Assembly: GCA_038046405.1 (NCBI GenBank)
Contig: JBBSWI010000019.1
Location: 10,530 to 74,529, forward strand
Direction: 5' to 3'
DNA: 64,000 nucleotides
Source: Nanobdellota archaeon
Lineage (GTDB): Archaea; Nanobdellota; Nanobdellia; SCGC-AAA011-G17; JAGVZF01
This document shows positions 60,682 to 64,000 of the stretch, in pieces (position 1 is the first letter of the stretch; every line of letters starts with the position of its first letter). Under the pieces are notes generated by a model. The model saw only the letters and a list, made by a program, of their open reading frames with translations, was not told where the DNA came from and ran no database searches. The position numbers and the translations under genes were made by a program.

Positions 60682-61272
60682 TTGCCTATGAGAAAATTAA
60701 TCTTATTTGTAAGCCTTTTTTTGGTGTTTATAGTAAGTTTTTTAATTGACAAGCCAATATCTTTATTTTTCTCAAGTTTAAGAACACAATCTCTTAATTC
60801 AATAATGCTTTTTCTTTCAAAAATAGGAAATTTTTACAGTGCACTAATAATATTGATTGTAGTCTTAATATCGTTTGAACTCTCAAAAAAAGACAAGAAG
60901 TATATTCCAACTATATTCTTTTCTTTATTGGTTTCTTCGTTATTAGTCTATCTGCTAAAAAACATATTTCAAAGACAAAGGCCTTACGAAACATTTCCAA
61001 TCCAAGGCTTAGAGCAGAAATCAGATTTTTCATTTCCTTCAGGCCATGCGAATGCGGTATTTTCTTTGGTTCCGTTCATGAATATACATTTCAAGAAACT
61101 TAAATGGTTTTGGCTTGTTTTTTCTATATTGGTTGCGATAAGCCGAATCTATCTAGGGTCGCATTATTTGAGCGATGTTATTTTTTCGATAATAACAGGG
61201 CTTGGATTTTCTTATTTCTTTATATCCCTAGAAAGAAAATTTAAGCTCAGCCGCATATTCATTAAAAAATAA
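60682..61272 (+). CDS. PAP2-family lipid phosphatase
   Basis: All three PAP2 motifs: KNIFQRQRP, PSGH, SRIYLGSHYLSDV. Confidence 0.8.
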   Translation: MPMRKLILFVSLFLVFIVSFLIDKPISLFFSSLRTQSLNSIMLFLSKIGNFYSALIILIVVLISFELSKKDKKYIPTIFFSLLVSSLLVYLLKNIFQRQRPYETFPIQGLEQKSDFSFPSGHANAVFSLVPFMNIHFKKLKWFWLVFSILVAISRIYLGSHYLSDVIFSIITGLGFSYFFISLERKFKLSRIFIKK

Positions 61273-61526
61273 TGAAGAGTATATAATTATTATTAGCTAT
61301 TTAAATAAATCAGCCTTCTTATTTAGGCTATGTAAGGCTTGCATGTTCAGTGTGCCATTTAATAGGTATAACCTTAATAGATATAAGCCAGGCAATAAAA
61401 TACATGGCTATCAAATTTGGCACAAATAGCTCAATTTTTGAGTTTTAGAAAGCTTTAAATACCCATTTATAACTAGGGAATAACAACATATAGTTACTAT
61501 TATAATAACAATGGGGGTCAAATAAA

Positions 61527-63143
61527 ATGAGAAAATTACCTATATTAGGTGTTTTATTTTTGTTAGTCTTTATTGTCTTTGGCGCAAGCTATGCGTTGGC
61601 AGCAGCATCTGTGGATTTTCCAAATGGCAAAGTGGTAATATCTTCAGAACCAAAGAGCAAAACATTAACCACATTACCATTTGTTATAAGGAATAATGGC
61701 GATACTGCATTAATTGGAATAGCTATACAATCATTAAATTTCCTAGATTCTAATGGAAAACCATTTACAATAACTGGCCTTGTAGCACAAAGCTCATTAG
61801 GGCTTGGTGCAACCACTACAGGCACATTGACAGTTACAATACCTAGCGATGTAGATTTAGAGATATTAGATAAAACCGTTAATGTTGTAGCAACAAATGT
61901 CAATAACACAAATAATACAATAACAGTGCCTTTAAGTGTTGAGATAAGAATAGAACCAGAATCATGCCAAAGCGATCCAGATAAAACAGAGATAACTAGC
62001 ATAGACATAAAAGATCCAGACAGCGGCGATGATTTTGAAGTCGGAGACACTATAAGTGTAAGGGCCGAAGTTAGTAATCGCGATACTAAAGACAGAGATT
62101 ATAAAATAAAAGTACTTCTTTATGATGTTACAACAAATAAAAAAATAGAATCAGAAGAGTCAGATGAAGTAAACATTAATGATGGCGATTCAGAAACAGT
62201 AGAAGTAGACCTTAAAATTTCTACTGACGAAGATATTGATGACGATGACGAATATGTCTTGTTTGTAGAGGCATACCAATCAGGAAAGCGAACCTCAACA
62301 TGTAATTCTGAAAGCGTCGACATAAACATCAAAGTGCCCTCTCATAAAGTAGCAATTGAAGACTCTTCATTATCCCCTAGCCAGGTAAGTTGCGGAGATT
62401 CAGTAATTGCGACAGTAAATACTAGAAATGTTGGCAGCAGCACAGAAAGAAATGTCAGAATAAGGGCAAGAGAGCCTACAATGAACATTAATGTTTTATC
62501 AGATTCTTTTGAGCTTGAAAGAATGGGCAAAAGCAACGATTTCGCCAGTAAATCAGTAACTATTCCTATTCCTGGAGATGCCAAGCCAGGCCAATACACC
62601 TTTGAGCTATTTGCAGAGCCAGGAACCGCAAACAAAGTATCTGAATTCGAGACATTGCAAGTCACTTGCGAAGCTCCTGTAACCAAGACAGTCTTGGAAT
62701 TGCCTTCATTCAGCATTAAGGCAACACAAGGCTCTTTGCTTGACATTCCGGTAACAATAACAAACAACGCAAATTCAGAAAAAACCTTTACAGTAGAGGC
62801 AACAGCCGTCGGTAATTTCGCTTCGGCAGACACAAAGACAATAACATTGGCTGCAAATGAAGAAGGCACATTGACATTGTCAATGAACGTCGATCCCAGT
62901 TCAGACATAGGGTCTAAAACAGTGTTGATTGCGGTGAAAGAAGGGTCTACTGTAATAGCAAGTAAATCAGCACCAGTGCTCATAGAATCAAAAGCAACAC
63001 CAATTACAGGCTCTGTAACTGTGGGCAATTTATTCGGCAACACAAAGAATGCAGCAGTTTTCTTTGTTATAGCTGATGTATTGCTTGTATTGATAGCTCT
63101 ATACATCTTAATGCTGATTTTCAGAAGAAGGAAAAAGGAATAA
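61527..63143 (+). CDS. Secreted surface protein with CARDB-like domains and C-terminal TM anchor + RRRKK tail
   Basis: Signal peptide, two beta-rich CARDB-like modules (SVRAEVSNRD...YKIKVLLYD; ATVNTRNVGSS...ERNVRIRA), an acidic insert, and a C-terminal hydrophobic helix followed by FRRRKKE. Confidence 0.55.
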   Translation: MRKLPILGVLFLLVFIVFGASYALAAASVDFPNGKVVISSEPKSKTLTTLPFVIRNNGDTALIGIAIQSLNFLDSNGKPFTITGLVAQSSLGLGATTTGTLTVTIPSDVDLEILDKTVNVVATNVNNTNNTITVPLSVEIRIEPESCQSDPDKTEITSIDIKDPDSGDDFEVGDTISVRAEVSNRDTKDRDYKIKVLLYDVTTNKKIESEESDEVNINDGDSETVEVDLKISTDEDIDDDDEYVLFVEAYQSGKRTSTCNSESVDINIKVPSHKVAIEDSSLSPSQVSCGDSVIATVNTRNVGSSTERNVRIRAREPTMNINVLSDSFELERMGKSNDFASKSVTIPIPGDAKPGQYTFELFAEPGTANKVSEFETLQVTCEAPVTKTVLELPSFSIKATQGSLLDIPVTITNNANSEKTFTVEATAVGNFASADTKTITLAANEEGTLTLSMNVDPSSDIGSKTVLIAVKEGSTVIASKSAPVLIESKATPITGSVTVGNLFGNTKNAAVFFVIADVLLVLIALYILMLIFRRRKKE

Positions 63144-63278
63144 ACCTTCTTTTATTTTTCTTTTCTCTTTTCTATTCTTATTATCCAGTGGCTTGGAATA
63201 TATGTGTGCTCTAATCAAAGTATCAGTTCCAATATATTGAATAATTAAGCTTTTAAATTTTGTATATATACTGTTTTT

Positions 63279-64000
63279 ATGGCAAATTTCACGATTTTAA
63301 AAAATAATAAACTTATAACCGCGCATGAATGGAACAATAAGATATGCTCATTTCACAGCCCATTTAAAGAAAATCTATTAGTCAAAGATAAAAGACAAGC
63401 AAAGAGATTAATCGATACTTCATTAAAAAATGCCATTGATTTAAGAGCCAAAGATAATTTTGGAATATTGTTCTCTGGCGGCCTAGACTCCAGCTTAATT
63501 GCCTTAATCTGCAAGAAGCTAAACAAAAAGTTTGTTTGTTATTCTATAGGCTTAGAAAATTCCTCAGACTTGGATTATGCAAAAAAAGCGGCCTTAATGC
63601 TTGATTTAGAATTGAAAATAAAAGAGCTCTCAATAGAAGAAGTTGAAAAATATCTTGTAGAATGCATAAAGCTTCTTAATACTAAAGATGTAGTAAAATT
63701 AGAGATTGCAATAGTGGTTTATGCAGGCCTTGAATTTGCTGCTAAAGATAAATGCTTTAATATCTTTGCCGGCAATGGTTCAGAAGAGATATTTGCCGGA
63801 TACGAACGTCACATTAATTTTAATAAAGAGGGCCCTAAAAAAGTCTATGAGGAATGCTGGAATGGCTTGAAAAGCTGCTATAACCGCGACATTGTAAGAG
63901 ATTATGCTATAGCAAAGAAATTCAGCTGCAACTTATTGCTTCCGTTCTTTGATTTTGACTTGATAAGAAATGCCATGAAAATACATCCCAGCTTAAAGGT
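63279..64000 (+). CDS. Asparagine synthetase-like PP-loop ATP pyrophosphatase (partial, runs off window end)
   Basis: My own translation gives the PP-loop FSGGLDSSLIA. There is no stop codon before the end of the window. Confidence 0.55.
   Translation, partial: MANFTILKNNKLITAHEWNNKICSFHSPFKENLLVKDKRQAKRLIDTSLKNAIDLRAKDNFGILFSGGLDSSLIALICKKLNKKFVCYSIGLENSSDLDYAKKAALMLDLELKIKELSIEEVEKYLVECIKLLNTKDVVKLEIAIVVYAGLEFAAKDKCFNIFAGNGSEEIFAGYERHINFNKEGPKKVYEECWNGLKSCYNRDIVRDYAIAKKFSCNLLLPFFDFDLIRNAMKIHPSLK

Noticed and set aside
62342-63106. 254-aa minus-strand ORF antisense to the CARDB surface-protein gene
   Set aside because: The plus-strand gene has a signal peptide, domain structure and a C-terminal anchor, so the antisense ORF is a compositional artefact. 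The same applies to 61589-62050 and 62120-62332.
1-64000. CRISPR arrays or cas genes
   Set aside because: I saw no regularly spaced direct repeats and no Cas-like ORFs. The only exact repeats are the coding tandem repeats (12-bp x3, 30-bp x2) and the two-copy 36-mer IS end.

Overview
This is an AT-rich archaeal chromosomal segment of roughly 30-35% GC, with DPANN-like features: small genes, inteins and LAGLIDADG endonucleases. Most of it is information-processing housekeeping. Identified genes include XerA, a PAC2 proteasome chaperone, SerRS, PolX, topoisomerase IA, RadB, CDC48, an RPA-like protein, MCM and TBP. Also present are an IleRS-like class I aaRS, RFC small and large subunits, UppS, UMP kinase, class II RNR with NrdR, RNase J and Mre11-Rad50. 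Further along are FtsZ, FKBP, aIF5A, L40e, an S2P protease, Trm-G10, TatD, Orc1/Cdc6, IscA, GGR, SpeH, Mtq2, PGI and the L1-L10-P1 ribosomal stalk operon.

Accessory or unusual content:
- two LAGLIDADG inteins, one splitting CDC48 and one splitting MCM;
- a tRNA gene carrying two presumptive introns, one in the anticodon arm and one in the T-loop;
- one complete IS200/IS605 element with tnpA and tnpB;
- a second solo tnpB whose RuvC-II catalytic Glu appears replaced, flanked by a 36-bp sequence that recurs as an orphan copy next to orc1;
- a frameshifted rve-type transposase;
- an NrdR repressor beside nrdJ, which is unusual for archaea;
- an IleRS-like enzyme with both HIGH and KMSKS degenerate;
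- a cell-surface locus containing paralogous GS-linker and PEGA-domain membrane proteins, DedA, an archaeosortase-like membrane protein, PAP2 and a CARDB-domain surface protein.

I found no CRISPR array, no rRNA and no clear canonical defence operon. Everything here comes from reading the sequence and ORF translations by eye; no searches were run.
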